Source: Octopus sinensis
Lineage: Eukaryota
Direction of reading: 5' to 3'
Assembly: GCF_006345805.1 (NCBI RefSeq)
Contig: NC_043005.1
Span: forward strand, 84,072,001-84,136,000
Length of the DNA stretch: 64,000 bases
The number at the start of each line of letters is the position of its first letter. The stretch's first letter is position 1. The notes under the pieces were generated by a model, which saw nothing but the letters and a program-made list of their open reading frames with translations, did not search any database and was not told where the DNA came from. This document shows, piece after piece, positions 10,915 through 25,016 of this stretch. The position numbers and the translations under genes were made by a program.

Positions 10915-11215
10915 CATGAGTAAATTAAAAACATTCTGGGCCGAATCCAGACCAACAATCCTGAAATTCTGGATTCCTAAGTTTTCGTTACTCTGATTGC
11001 TTTTGGCAATTTTTTAACGTAACTTTTTGTGAGAAATTTTTTTGTACAACAACAATTTTTATAATCTAAATGCTAACTCTGTGAGTAAATTAAAAACATT
11101 CCAGGCCGAATCCAGACCTGAAATCTTGAAATTTTGGATTCCTATTTTCAATAATGCGATTACTTTTGGCAATTAAAAAGAAAATATTTTTTTTTTTACA
11201 TGATTTTTTGTGAGG
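10915..11215. repeat. Two-unit ~165-bp diverged tandem duplication
   Basis: gagtaaattaaaaacatt...gccgaatccagacc...gaaatt.tggattccta...cttttggcaatt occurs at about 10918 and about 11083. Confidence 0.85.
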
Positions 11216-11352
11216 AATATGATCATCATTGGGATATGACTGTGGAGGAAGCAATTGCAACAAATTCTTCAAAACAAGTCAGAGATCTGTTTGCAGATTT
11301 TCTCATTCGGGGTCAGTTGCTTTAAAGCTACATACTAGCTTAAAAGCGCCGA

Positions 11353-11375
11353 TATGTGTGTGTGTGTATGTATAT

Positions 11376-11448
<73 letters not shown>

Positions 11449-11925
11449 GCTATTATATATTCATATACACACATTTTATCTGAGAATGTAGATGCAGCTG
11501 TGCATGAAACATCTTGCAACATACAAAAAGGTGTGTATGCATATATATATACATACATATATGTATATATGTATATATATATAATGTGTATGCATATATA
11601 AACATGTACACATATGTGTGTATATATAAACATGTACATACATATATGTGTGTATATATATGTATATATATACATATATGTGTATATATATATGTATATA
11701 TATACATATATGTGTGTATATATATGTATATATATATATATGTGCATATGTATATGTGTATATATGTATGTGTATATGCATATATATGTATATATATGTA
11801 TGTGTATATATGTATATGTGTGTGCATGTGTGTGTGTGTGTTTGTATGTATATATACACATGTACATATACACGTGTATATGTATATATGTATACGTATG
11901 TATAAATATATATATATATATCTAC
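11353..11925. repeat. Compound (TA)/(TG)/(TACA) microsatellite
   Basis: Direct inspection. Confidence 0.95.
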
Positions 11926-12939
11926 TTACACACAAGTGTAATATTAAGGAACATTAAACAAAAAATACTACCAGAGTCCCACGAGATGTCACAGAATGAA
12001 GTGGGGGTGGGGAGCGGTCAAGCACAAATATAAAAAAAAGAATATAAGAATGGAAGGGGGCTCACAACCCTACTGTTTTGTTTTTTGTTTTTGTGTCAGA
12101 GGGCCGAGGGTGGGGTTTGTGGAGTGGAAATGGGGTAGAGGCTGAGATTAATGCTGCAGATGAAGCAGTGCAATGCAAATAGATGAAGATGAGATTGGTG
12201 ATGATGATGGTGGTGGTGGTGGTGAAGAGGGGGATGAAGGTGATGGTGAGGATAATGAAACTAAAGAGGGTTTCCAAAAATTAACGATGCAATTATTTTC
12301 CTTCTGACAACAACAATATTTATCTGTCTGTCTGTCTGTCTACGCACCCATCCATTAACCTGTCATTACTTATTTTGAACCCTATTTAGTTTCATCATCA
12401 TTATCATCATTACTGCCATCATTATCATGTCATTATCACCATCACCACCACCACCACCACCATTACAATCACTATCACCATCACTACTGCTATCATCATC
12501 ATCACTATCATTATCACAATCACCATCATCATCATCACCATCATCATCATCACCATCATCATCATCATTCAATCCACCTCACTTGCATTGCACTGCATCT
12601 TCTGCAGAGTTAACCCCAGCCTCGACCTCCCACCCCCCACAACATTACCTCAACACCCCACCCCCATTCAAAGCCATCTGGCACAAAATAAAAATAAAAA
12701 CCAAAAAGGGTAGGATTTTGGAACCCCACCCTGCTTTTTTTTTTGTGTGCTTCACCCCTACCTCCCTTCATTCAGTGATATCTCGTGGGATTCTGGCGGT
12801 TTTTCTTGTTTATTGATGCCTGTTTTGTAAATATCAAGCTTGTGTGTGTGTGTGTGTGTGTGTGTAGTTTATTTACAACATAGATGTTTCATCTGGAGAT
12901 CAGCACAGCTGCATCCAGATTGTATAGAGTATAAAGAGG

Positions 12940-12978
<39 letters not shown>

Positions 12979-12982
<4 letters not shown>

Positions 12983-13199
12983 CTGGCAGAAATGTAAGCA
13001 TGCCGGACGAAATGCCTTGCGGTATTTTGTCTGCCGTTACTTTCTGAGTTCAAATTCTACCAAGGTCAACTTTGCCTTTCATCCTTTCGGGGTCGATTAA
13101 ATAAGTACCAGTTATGCACTAGGGTCGATGTAATTGACTTAGTCCCTTTGTCTGTCCTTGTTTGCCCCCTCTATGTTTAGCCCCTTGTGGGCAATAAAG

Positions 13200-13202
<3 letters not shown>
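12979..13202 (+). mobile_element. SINE family A
   Basis: Head, core and ccccttgtgggcaataaaga tail, embedded in (TA)n. Confidence 0.85.
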
Positions 13203-13240
<38 letters not shown>

Positions 13241-13909
13241 AATATAACTGACTGGCGCTATCTGTCTGTTTCTCTCTCTCTCTCTACTTTTCATTCTTAC
13301 CTGACCTGGTATCTGTTTCTTTTTCTCACTTTGCTTATCACTCTCACAACTTTTCTCTCTCTCTCTCTCATACACATTACACATTCTGTCTCTCTTATGC
13401 ATAGTCTGTCTCTCTCTCTCTCACTTTCTTTCACTCTACCTTTATCTTTCATAATAATACAAAAATATATAAAACCATAAAACAGCCACAACGAAAAGAA
13501 ATAAAAAAACAAACCAACAAAATGAAACAAAAACACACAATAATATCATGCAACAATAACAACAATAACAAATACTCTTATCTGTGTCCCTAAGTATTTT
13601 CCCCACAGTAATCCAGTGTTTAGTTAGAACTCCAAAACACAGTCTTCAGCACACATCAACTTGCCTTGTCTGAGAGTCGACTCAACGTTCTGACTCTTGT
13701 GGCATTCTAGAAAAAAATCAGTTTCAATTTAAATTTTGAACTTTCAACTCTGTAAATATTTTATTATCTTGTTGTTGAAATGATTGGTGTTGTTGTTGTG
13801 GTGGTTCTCGTTATTGTGATACTCTTAACTACTTGTTAATGTTAATTGTTACTGCTATTCTAAATCACAAAATATTTCATTATCTCATTTCGGTGTCTAT
13901 ATCGCACTT

Positions 13910-14345
13910 CTGCCACCACCATCATTATCATCATCACCCCAAAACTTCCACCAACACCACCACAATTATCATTACCACCACCACCACCACCATCACCCCA
14001 AAACTGCCACCACCACCACCACCACCATCACCCCAAAACTGCCGCCACTACCACCACAATCACCACCACCACCAAAACCACCATCACCCCAAAACTGCCA
14101 CCACCACCACAACCACCACCATCACCCCAAAACTGCCACCAACACCACCACAATCATCATTACCACCACCACCACCATGACTATTATCATCGTCGTCATT
14201 GCCACCACCCCAATGCTGCCACCACCACCACCATCACTAACACCACCACCATTGCCACCACTACCATCACTAACACCACCACGATCATTGCCAACACCAC
14301 TACTCCAGTGCTGTCATCACCACCACCACCATCATCCTCATTGTC
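13910..14345. repeat. (CAC/CAT)n-rich compound repeat with a recurring catcaccccaaaactgccacc unit
   Basis: Direct inspection. Confidence 0.9.
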
Positions 14346-15973
14346 ATTGACTACAAGCTGGCATAATCAATAGAGCTTAGGCAGAAATGCTTGGCATTAT
14401 TTGTTCCAAATCTTTATGTTCTGGGTTCAAATCTTGCCGAGGTCATCTTTGTCTTTTATCCTTCTGGAGTCAACAAAATAAAGTACCTGTCAATCACTGG
14501 GGTCAATGTCATCAACTAACCCCATTCCCTCAAATTTCTACTCTCATGTCCTAAATTAGCCCCCAATATTTTTGTCATTATATTCCGTCATTGGTGCCAT
14601 AGTTGCTGATGTTAGTGTTGTTTTAACATCAGCTCATCCCTGCTGAAGCTGACCTGTAATCAAAGACGTCCCAGCTATGACCATCACATTTATTTCCTGA
14701 TCACATGGTTCTGGGTTTGGTCCCACTGTGGGACACCTTAGGCAAGTGTCTTCTACTGTAGCCCCCGGACCAACTGGAGCCTTGTGAGAGAATTTGGCAG
14801 ATGCAAACTGAAAGAGGCCTGTTGAATGTGTGCATGTGCATGTATGCATCTGTCTGCACAACTGTTTACAACTGCACTTATCCAAATATCACAGAGCTGC
14901 AAGTGGTGCCACTGTTGTCATTTCATGTCAACAAACCATCCTCTGGCTCTATGTCTTTGAGGATGTGAAATAAGAAACCCCCTGTCTCCCCAAGGGCTAG
15001 AAAAACAGGTAAAGGTTAGCTACAGAGAGAGCACCTGGCTGTAAAACAGTGCCTCAGTAATATATTCATCAAACTCATGTTAGCCTAACACAGGGCTATA
15101 ATAAAAGACATTTGGCCCAAGGTGCCACTCTGTTGGAAATGGCCCTGTAACAATATGGTTGGGAAAGTGAACTGTATGACCATACCATCATGCTTTTACT
15201 TCATTATTTAGATTTAAATGGGGATGGCCATGGGAAAAAAACTAAACAAAAATGAATACTTAGGACATTATTCAAAAGCTTCCTTTCTAATTGCTGATGA
15301 GGTAGGGTTGCAATTTGAATAAGATTTAGCTTCTATTTCTAGCAGGGTCCCTCATTGAGTTGTTACTGTCATTTTTACTTTTGTTGATATCGTTGTTCAT
15401 AGTGTTGTTGTTGCTGTTGTTATGTTTATCTTTCTGTTGTTCAGACACAAATCATGTGAAATGTTCAAGTTGTCGTTTTATAAATTCTCAATTGTCTTTT
15501 AAAGTTCTACTTTCAACCTACTCATGACAATGGTGTAGGTGGTAGTGGTTGTGGTGGCACAGGTGAAAATGGTGGTGTTGACAGTGGTGATGTCGATGGG
15601 CTTGGTGATAGGGGTGATGTTGGTGGTAGTGGTGGTGGAGGTGGTAGTAGTACTGATTCTACTAGTAATGGAAGAAGTGATGATAGTGTTGACGGTAGTG
15701 GTGAAGGTGGTGATGTTCTTGATGGTGGTGGTGGTGGTGATAACTCAATGCTGTTGATAATTGTTACAGTTGTTGGTGTGGTAGTGCAACCCCAAAACAA
15801 CCCTGATCAAACAACCTTTTAAACCCCAACCCAGAAACCCTTTCAGTTTTTGTTACATTTTATTCCTCCTCTCGTAGTAATCCTATATCCTTGTTTATCT
15901 GCAGACCACAGTGCATGCTCAGACATGCAATGTAAACTGCAGTGAATGCACCTTGATGGCCTGGACATGTATT

Positions 15974-16387
15974 CTTTTCTTTTCTACTCTAGGCACAAGG
16001 CCCGAAATCTTTGGGGGAGGCTGGGGGCCAGTCGATTAGATCCACCTCAGCACACAACTGGTACTTAATTTATCGACTTTGAAAGGCTGAAAAGCAAAGT
16101 TGACCTCAGCGGAATTTGAACTCAGAACATAGAGATGAAATACCGTGAAGCTTTTCGCCCAGCATGCTAACATTTCTGCCAGCTTGCTACCTTTTTTTTT
16201 TCACCCCACAAGGATGAAAGGCAAAGTTAACCTCAGCAGAATCTGAGTTCAAATTCTGCCAAAGTCAACTCTGCCTTTCATCCTTTCGGGGTCGATAAAT
16301 TAAGTACCAGTTGTGTACTGGGGTTGATCTAATTGACTGACCCCTCTCCCCCAAAATTTCGGGCCTTGAGCCTAGACTAGAAAAGAT
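15974..16387. mobile_element. Head-to-head composite of SINE family A pieces (minus full copy, inverted fragment, plus 5'-truncated copy) sharing one 13-bp TSD
   Basis: ctggacatgtatt at 15961-15973 and 16388-16400. SINE 3' ends lie at both outer boundaries. Confidence 0.8.
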
Positions 16388-16522
16388 CTGGACATGTATT
16401 ATCTCCACTGTAAACCTGTTGTAGCTGTTTAGCCCTAGGTCGACCCAAATTGAGTACCCTTATGGTACACAGGGACTTGGTTGAGTCCCCTGTATGTCAC
16501 CCACAAATCTCCTTCAGTTGAA

Positions 16523-16915
16523 TCTTTTACTTGTTTCAGTCATTGGACTACAGCCATGCTGGAGCACTGCCTCGAAGGCTTCAATTGAACAAATTGCCCC
16601 CAGGGCTTATTTGCTTTTTTAAAGTCCAGCGCTTATTCAATTGGTCTCTTTTACTGAACTGCTAAGTTATGGGGGATGTCAAAAAACCAACACCGGTTGT
16701 CAAATAGCATGGGACAAACACAGACACATAAACACACATATCTACAATGGGATTCCACACAGTTTCTCTCTACTGAATTCCTCCAAATTCCTTCACAAGG
16801 CATGGGTCAGCCTTGGGCTATACTAGAAGACACTTGCCCAAAGTGCCATGCAATGGAACTGAACCTGAGACCACATGGTTGCAATGTGAGCTTCTTAATC
16901 CACATAACCACATCT
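16523..16915 (-). mobile_element. SINE family B (diverged)
   Basis: Family B head and tail motifs. Confidence 0.8.
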
Positions 16916-17339
16916 CTACCTAGATGATAACCATTTGCTGCAATCTGATGTGCAGTGGTGACGTGCATGGAGTGTAATGCACCAGTCAGGACATAGTTGC
17001 ATTCTTGCAATATCGTCCAGTCTATTTCTGTATGTCCACAGGATCCTGGTGGTAGACACAGTAGAGATGGGACAGGGTGGATTCAAGAGTGATGAAGGAT
17101 GTCACTGTCAACAAACCCATAATATAGAAACTGCAGATTTTCAAATTCAGAAATCCAAATATGCCACACTAGTTGAACATTATACTGTGTGTTCTGGCAT
17201 TCTATGTTTTGTTGATGCAGTTTAATCCCAGGTCAGACCTGATTCCAATTGTGACCATCCCATCTTTTTGTTATCTGTACAAAAACTAGGATTTCAATAA
17301 TACGAAAGTGTCTTGTCCTAAGGCATTTTTTTTTTGCCT

Positions 17340-17585
17340 TGTAAGGTACTTGGTGACCCTGTTGATGTTGGTACCACATAAAGAGCATTAGTGCTGGTAC
17401 TGTGTAAAAAGTACCTAGACACTCTGTAAAGTGGTTGGCATTAGAGAGAGCATCTAGCTGTAGATATTGTGCCAAAACAGAGGCTGGAGCCTGGTGCCCC
17501 CCCCCCCCACCGCCAGCTTTCCCAGTTCCTGTCACACCATCCAACCCATGCCAGCATGGAAAACGTTAAATGATGAGGATGATAA
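17340..17585 (+). mobile_element. RTE 3'UTR fragment (family C)
   Basis: aacccatgccagcatggaaaacgttaaatgatgag tail. Confidence 0.8.
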
Positions 17586-17719
17586 TAAGGTGTCATTTAA
17601 GGAAGAGTTTGCTGTGTGGCATAATGGTAATGTTAGTGTTGGCGTAGTGGTGGCAGTGGTAGTGGTGTTGGTACAGTGGTGATCATAGCTGAGGTAGTAG
17701 TAGTAATAGTATGGCCTGG

Positions 17720-18015
17720 CTCTCCGTTGGTTACAACGATGAGAGTTCCGGTTGATCCAATCAATGGAACAGCCTGCTCATGAAATTAACATGCAAGTGG
17801 CTGAGTACTCCACAGACATACCCTTAACATAGTTCTCAGGGAGATTTAGCACGACACAGAATGTGACAGATACAACTCATTTTTGCTCGGTTGAGTGGAC
17901 TGGAGCAACATGAAATAAAGTGTCTTGCTCGAGGACACAAAGCGTTGTCAGGAATTGAACCCATGACCTTTATGGTTGTGAGCCAAATGTCCTAACTGGT
18001 GAGTACCACATGCAT
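17720..18015 (-). mobile_element. tRNA-derived SINE, family D
   Basis: Contains gtgtc(c/t)tcgagcaagacactttatttcatgttgctccagtccactc and cagcctgctcatgaaattaac. Related copies at 24.7, 38.0 and 40.2 kb. Confidence 0.75.
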
Positions 18016-18424
18016 TCTCGATAGCAGTATAGGTAGTAGTAGCAATATCAGTATAGGTAGTGTGAGTGGTGGTGGTTGGTGTTGGTGGTAGTGTAGCTAT
18101 TCATGAGGTGCAAAAATCATTAGGTTGGTAGTAGCAGCAGTAGTAGTAGTAGGGAAATTGGTAATAAACAACAACAATAGCAGCAACAACAACATTGCTC
18201 TTAAAAATAATTGACCATTGTTATTTCTTTCTATGGAACACATCATATGTTGAGCAAGTCTTTTGTACATCTAGGCCATGTGTATATCCTGTGACTGTTG
18301 ACTAAATGAGGCAAGTGATGATTTGTTAGCTCTTATAGAAACATCGTTAATGATAAAAATGAGTTTTGTAATTATTTGTAACAAAAACAGCCAAGGAAAA
18401 CCAACAAACGGAAACAAAGTATAA

Positions 18425-18508
18425 ATGCACACACACACCACATATATCTATACATATATTTATGTGTATATGTATCTATGTACACACACACACACATATA
18501 TAAATACA

Positions 18509-18558
<50 letters not shown>

Positions 18559-18704
18559 CACACACACACATTTATGTGTGTGTATGTACATATGTGTATA
18601 TACATGTATATATATATATATACATATACATGTGTGTTTATATATACACATGTATGTGTATGTATATATATAAATACACATTTGTGTGTGTCTATGTGTG
18701 TGTG

Positions 18705-18739
<35 letters not shown>

Positions 18740-18760
18740 ATGTATATGCGTTTATATGTG
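18425..18760. repeat. Compound (CA)/(TG)/(TA) microsatellite
   Basis: Direct inspection. Confidence 0.95.
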
Positions 18761-18814
18761 TTTCTGTATGTTATCTCTTGCTGTGTCTGTCTGTCTGTCT
18801 CTCTCTCTATCCAT

Positions 18815-18974
18815 CCATTGGCTTGGTTGTATGGTTAAAAGCTTACTTTGCAGCTATTTGGTCTCAGGTTCAGTCCCACTGTACAGCACCTTGGGTAAAT
18901 GTTTTCTATTGTATCTCCAGGTTGACCAAAATCTTGTGAATGGATTTGGGAGATGGCAACCGAAAGAATCCAGT

Positions 18975-19005
<31 letters not shown>

Positions 19006-19070
19006 TTGTCTCCTTGTCTGGATATCGTATGACAATTGTTAATGCATGCCACTGCCATACAAACAGTGTC
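18815..19070 (+). mobile_element. SINE family B (diverged, 5' part)
   Basis: Head ggttgtatggttaaaagcttac..ggttcagtcccactg. Confidence 0.75.
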
Positions 19071-19284
19071 ATTCATTTCTAATGTTCTGCAAGAACATGT
19101 CCTGCCCACAGCTTCTGTTTACCAAATTCCACTCACAAAGCATTAATCACACCTGAGGCAAAGTTGAGGAAATGGTTCTAACATAGGATTTGAACCTGGA
19201 ACTATTGATTTGTGATGCAAACGTTTTAACCACAGACACACATACAATTTATTTGTGAGGTACTCTTATGATCACACAGGTACA

Positions 19285-19384
19285 CTTGTTGACCTCGGTG
19301 GAATTTGAACTCAGATCATATCGATAGATGAAATACTGCTAAGCATTTCGCCCAGCATGTTAACATTTCTGCCAGCTTGCAACC

Positions 19385-19423
<39 letters not shown>

Positions 19424-19690
19424 TTAGGTATAGGACCAGCAATTTTGAGAGGAGTAGGGGCAGTTAATATTCTTTTCTAATTTAGGCAAAAGGTCTGAAA
19501 TTTTTGGGGAGGGGCTAGTCGATTAGATTGACCCCAGTATGCAACTGGTACTTAATTTATTGACTCTGAAAGGATGGAAAGCAAAATCGACCTCAATGGA
19601 ATTTGAACTCAGAATGTAGCAGCAGATAAAATACTGCTAAGCATTTTGCTCAGTATGCTTAACAATTCTGCCAGCTTGCTGCCTTAATAA
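19285..19690 (-). mobile_element. Two tandem SINE family A copies separated by (TAA)n
   Basis: Both end in ..ccttaataataata. Confidence 0.85.
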
Positions 19691-19704
19691 TAATAATAAC
19701 TCTT

Positions 19705-19907
19705 TACTCTTTACTTGTTTCAGTCATTTGACTGTGGCCATGCTGGAGCACCGCCTTTAGTCGAGCAAATCGACCCCAGGACTTATTCTTTGGAAGCCTA
19801 GTACTTATTCTATCGGTCTCTTTTGCCAAACCGCTTAGTGACGGGGACGTAAACACAGCAGCATCGGTTGTCAAGCGATGTTGGGGGGGACAAATGCAGA
19901 CACACAA

Positions 19908-19958
<51 letters not shown>

Positions 19959-20090
19959 GCTTCTTTCAGTTTCTGCCTACCAAATCCACTCACAAGGCTT
20001 TAGTTGGCCTGAGGCTATAGTAGAAGGCACTTGCCCAAGGTGCCATGCAGTGGGAGTGAACCCGGGACCATGTGGTTGGTAAGCAAGCTA
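19705..20090 (-). mobile_element. SINE family B, young copy
   Basis: Near-consensus with CpGs retained. Confidence 0.9.
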
Positions 20091-20759
20091 CGAGTAGTGG
20101 CAGTCAGTATTGTGAACCTCAGTACTTGATTGGTACTTTATTTTATCAGCCTTGGTGAGATAAAAAGCAAAGTTAGTCTCAGTAGGGTTTGAACTCAGGA
20201 CACAATGAGCTTGAACAAATCTCACAAAGTATTTTTTCCTGTATTTCTAACCATTCCATCAATTCAGAGCCCTGTCTCCAATATGGCTGTGTGTCTTGAA
20301 ATTCAGTGGGCGGAGGTGAGTCAGTCCAATCAGTATCAGCATCTTGTATCTTGGTACTGATGCTGGTATGCGTTTTATTGACCCAAGATGAATGAAAGGC
20401 AAAAAGCTGACCTTGGTGAGACTAAATAAACAGAAAGCATTTCTATTCTGTCTGATGCTCCAACGAACTTCTTACATGTTTCACTTCATTCCATGTTTCC
20501 TCTTAGAACATGTGATGGCTTTTGAATTGTCGACCTTCTTTTTAACTGAAGTTAGCACTTGATGAACCTGGTATCTGCTTTGTCTGATAGCTACACATAC
20601 ACACACAAACACGCATATATAAATACACACATACATAAATACACACAAACATAACACATCACTACAGATTTTATTACATTTTATCTTATCTTTGTGGTAT
20701 TTTTATTCACTTATATATATATATATGTGTGTGTGTGTGTATATGTGTGTGTGTATGTG

Positions 20760-20842
<83 letters not shown>

Positions 20843-20844
20843 GA

Positions 20845-20878
<34 letters not shown>

Positions 20879-21544
20879 TTGTGAGGGTGTTTTATCTGTG
20901 CTACAAGCATGACAGCTGACAGTCTCCTGCTTAGATAACACTCATATTGTAATGAGACTGATGATGATGCTGACAGCGAAGATGATGATGATGATGATGA
21001 CGGCAATGATGATGATAACGACAGCCTTAATGAAGCCATCTTGAATAGGGTGTCAGGTGTTGATATAAATATCACTTGCAGCACCATCGTATGTGTGCAC
21101 ACACACACACACGCATGCACACATTATTCATACATATAGTTATATACAGAGTGGTTAATTCACGTATGTGAATGTGTCTGTGGCTGCTTGTGAGTGCTAC
21201 TGGTAACATGTAACCAAGTCCAACCTGGTGCATGGCCAGGTTATCAGTGACTAAACTGGCAAGTGGTGACCCTCGTCATACAAGCTTGAAGAGGTTGATT
21301 TTGGACACTTAAAAGGATGATAAACAAGACCACCCAAAGGATGGATGAACAGAAGTGGGAGAGTCAGTGTTCATCCAATAATGAGGACAGATGCACATGA
21401 AACATCCCTGTCTATGATAAGCGGCAATTTGGAGTGACGAGGGGTGGAGTGCTTTCTGGTTGTTCATGGCCAGAATGAACAATTCCTCGATGTCACATAA
21501 CTCTGCTCCAGCATACCTGTACTTATTTACCTGCACCTATTTAC

Positions 21545-21945
21545 AGTATTCTTGTGCCCGTGCTAGTAGGGTGCCAAAAGCACCATCTGAGTGTGATTGT
21601 TGCCAGAGCAGCCAACTGGCTTTCTGTTGGTGGCACATAAAAGGGCATCATTCGAGTGTGATTGTTACCAACATCGCCTTACTGGCACTTGTGCTGGTGG
21701 CATGTGTAAAAGGATTCGAGCGAGGTCATTGCCAGTACCGCCTGACTGGCCCCCGTGCTGGTGGCACGTAAAAAGCACCCACTACACTCTCAGAGTGGTT
21801 GGTGTTAGGAAGGGCATCCAGCTGTAGAAACTCTGCCAAATCAAGATTGGAGCCTGGTGCAGCTATCTGGTTCGCCAGCCCTCAGTCAAAATCGTCCAAC
21901 CCATGCTAGCATGGAAAGCAGACATTAAACGATGATGATGATGAT
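21545..21945 (+). mobile_element. RTE 3'UTR fragment (family C) with (GAT)n tail
   Basis: Subrepeats plus ccatgctagcatggaaagcagacattaaacgatgatgatg. Confidence 0.85.
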
Positions 21946-22457
21946 CCAGGGTGGGTTGAGCTGGTTCCTGCCAAAGAGTTCACCATGTTTCTCATGAATG
22001 TTGACCACATCTGATGGTCAGTCACAGTTCAGGCTACAAAGTGATGCTTCTGCTTGCAGCCCACAGGTCCAGCTTGCAAATTTGTCCCCATTGGGAGAGC
22101 AAGGGCATTGGATAGCATGGACACTGTAGTTGTCATTTGCTGTTGAGATGTAGAGGTCATGTTTGGAGTTTCAATGAGAAAAGTTCGCATGTGGTCCCTG
22201 GTTACATGCATGACTGTTCACTGAGATATCAAATAAAGAGAATTCATATGTCTCTGAGGTACTTGTACAACGATTCAGTGAGTGTATATATGTATGTTTA
22301 AAACTGGTGACATTGTCTATGTTGAGTTCATTTATGTCCCTTGATACACTTAGCAGTTCAGCAGACAGATATTGATAATTTCAGAACAAGACTGACATAA
22401 GTATGAGGGGCAATGGGGATGTGTGTGTGTGTACAATATGATAGAATAACAGCCGGC

Positions 22458-22865
22458 ATAAGGTGGTGAGCTGGCAGAAACGTTAGCACGCCGGGCGAAA
22501 TGCTTAGCGGTATTTCGTCTGCCGTTACGTTCTGAGTTCAAATTCCACTGAGGTCAGCTTTGCCTTTCATCCTTTCAGAGTCGATGAATTAAGTACCAGT
22601 TACGCACTGGGATCGATATAATCGACTTAATCCGTTTGTCTGTCTATGTTTGTCCTCTCTGTGTTTAGCCCCTTGTGGGTAGTAAAGAAATAGGTATTTC
22701 ATCTGCTGTTATGTTCTGAGTTCAAATTCAGCCAAGGTCAACTTTGCCTTTCATCCTTTCAGAGTCAATAAATTAAGTACCAGTTATGCACTGGGGTCGA
22801 TGTAATCGCTTTGTCTGTGTTTGTTTGTCTCCTCAATGTTTAGCCCCCTGTGGGCAATAAATAAA
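22458..22865 (+). mobile_element. Head-to-tail dimer of SINE family A
   Basis: A full young copy followed directly by a 5'-truncated copy starting ggtatttcatctgc. Confidence 0.85.
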
Positions 22866-23410
22866 TAAGAATAACAGCCTGGAAGACAGTGCTCCAGCAT
22901 GACCAAGGACAAACGATTGAAATCAGTAAAAAGGAAAAGAAAACACAGACACACACACACACACACATTTAATTCCAGGAGAGCCTTATCTGCAATACAT
23001 AGAAGGGTCAGCAGATAGATTTATTTCAAGACTTCATTATCAGTTTTACCTTTTGGCTATCTTAGTTCTACAGACTCTTGAGAAGTTTCAGACTGCAGCT
23101 GACTGCCAAAACCTTGTTTAAAATCCATGTGATTGGTCAATGTTTCATATGTATGGCAGATGAAGTCCTACTCAATGGAACAATTTGATTGGCTCCAAAT
23201 GTAATATACACAGACACATTGGAGAACTGTGTGAACTTTTGAGGAGTCAGGGCCATAAACATACTTACATATATAGTAGCATGTATGCTTACAGCTATTT
23301 CTTACATAAGACACTGTTTCCCCCCTCAATTGTTAAATGTGAGGAAGATGGATATAAAGATGAATAAACTCAGGTGTTTATGCCAAATTAAATACATGTA
23401 TATATATATA

Positions 23411-23473
<63 letters not shown>

Positions 23474-24680
23474 CAAATAAGAAAATGGAGGAACAAATTC
23501 ATTACACACACACACACAAATACATACACACATTAATATACACATATATGCAAATATGGATACACGCACAAATATATACACACAAACATATATATATATA
23601 CATACATGACAAATATATATAATAGTCATTGCAATAGCTATTGAAAAGTTTGCAAGATGCAATGAAAATTTTAGAAAAAATAAATGAGAGGAAATCAAAC
23701 CAGTGAGTGTGTTAAATAATAAGGCACAAAATAATAAGGTACAAATTCTTAACCCTTCTTTTTTGTCCCTTGGTTTCCCCCATATGAGATGTTTTATTAC
23801 TCATATTTATCTACCCTAAACAATAAACATTTCAACCTCCAGTGTGCTGTCCCCATCATTGATGCCACATATACATTAATGAGATTATTATCGCCTGCAG
23901 CCCCTACAAGAGTTTGAGTAGGCTGACACCAAAATGAAACCACACCCCTTTTTATGTCACTAAAGTAATTGATGAGTAAGATATGCCATTGATTCTTTAC
24001 CGATTTCAATCTTCATTCACACATTTTGGTTTTCTGCTAGCCTAGTGATTGCATTTTCTTCTAGAGCAGAGTCCTATGTACCTGGGGAAAAAGTATCATC
24101 AGACAGTTATAGGACGTTTGTAATGTTATGCAAAATATATCCAATGTGCTTTTGAAACAATTGTAATACTTAACTACCTTTTCCATTCGTTTTATTTACA
24201 GATTTGATTATCATGTTATAAGCAATGTCTTCTAATTAGAATTTTCTGTCTAATCTTGACATTGCATCAACTAAATCTGATCTATTGGTTAATAAATTTC
24301 ATTGATCAATTATCAAATCAAATCATCTGTATTTATACTAAAGATTAACAAACTGCGTTTTACCATGGTCACTCAACTGATCCTACTACACTGTGTGTGA
24401 ATGTGTGTATCTTTGTGTTTGTCCTCCATCAGCACTTGACACCCAGTGTTGCTCTATGTAAGTTAGCATTTCAGCAAAAGGGACCAGAAGAATAAGTACT
24501 GGGCTTTAAAAACAAGTTCTCTTGGTTGATTTGTTTGACTAAACCCTTAACAGCAGTGCTCCAGCATGTCACAATGCAATGACCAAAACAAGCAAAGGAT
24601 ATATATATATGTATATATATATATCCATACATCTATCTATCTATCTATCTATCTATATATATATAATGTGTGTGTGTGGT

Positions 24681-25016
24681 GGCACTCCATCAGTTATGGA
24701 ACAGCCTGCTCGTGAAATTAACATGCAAATGGCTGAGTACTCCACAGACACTTGTACCCTTTACGTAATTCCCAGGGAGATTCAGCATGACAAAGCTGGC
24801 CCTTTGAAATACAGGTACAACAGAAACAGGAAGAAAGATTGAGAGAAAGTTATGGTGAAAGAGTACAACAGGGATCGCCCCCCCCCCTCCCTGCTGGAGC
24901 CTCGTGGAGCTTTAGGTGTTTTTATTCAATAAACACTCACAACGCCCGGTCTGGAAATTGAAACAGCGATCCCACGACCGTGAGTCCACTGCCCTAACCA
25001 CTAGGCCATTGCACCT
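24681..25016 (-). mobile_element. SINE family D
   Basis: tRNA-like head (gcaatggcctagtggttaggg..gtttcaatttccag) at the high-coordinate end. Confidence 0.75.
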
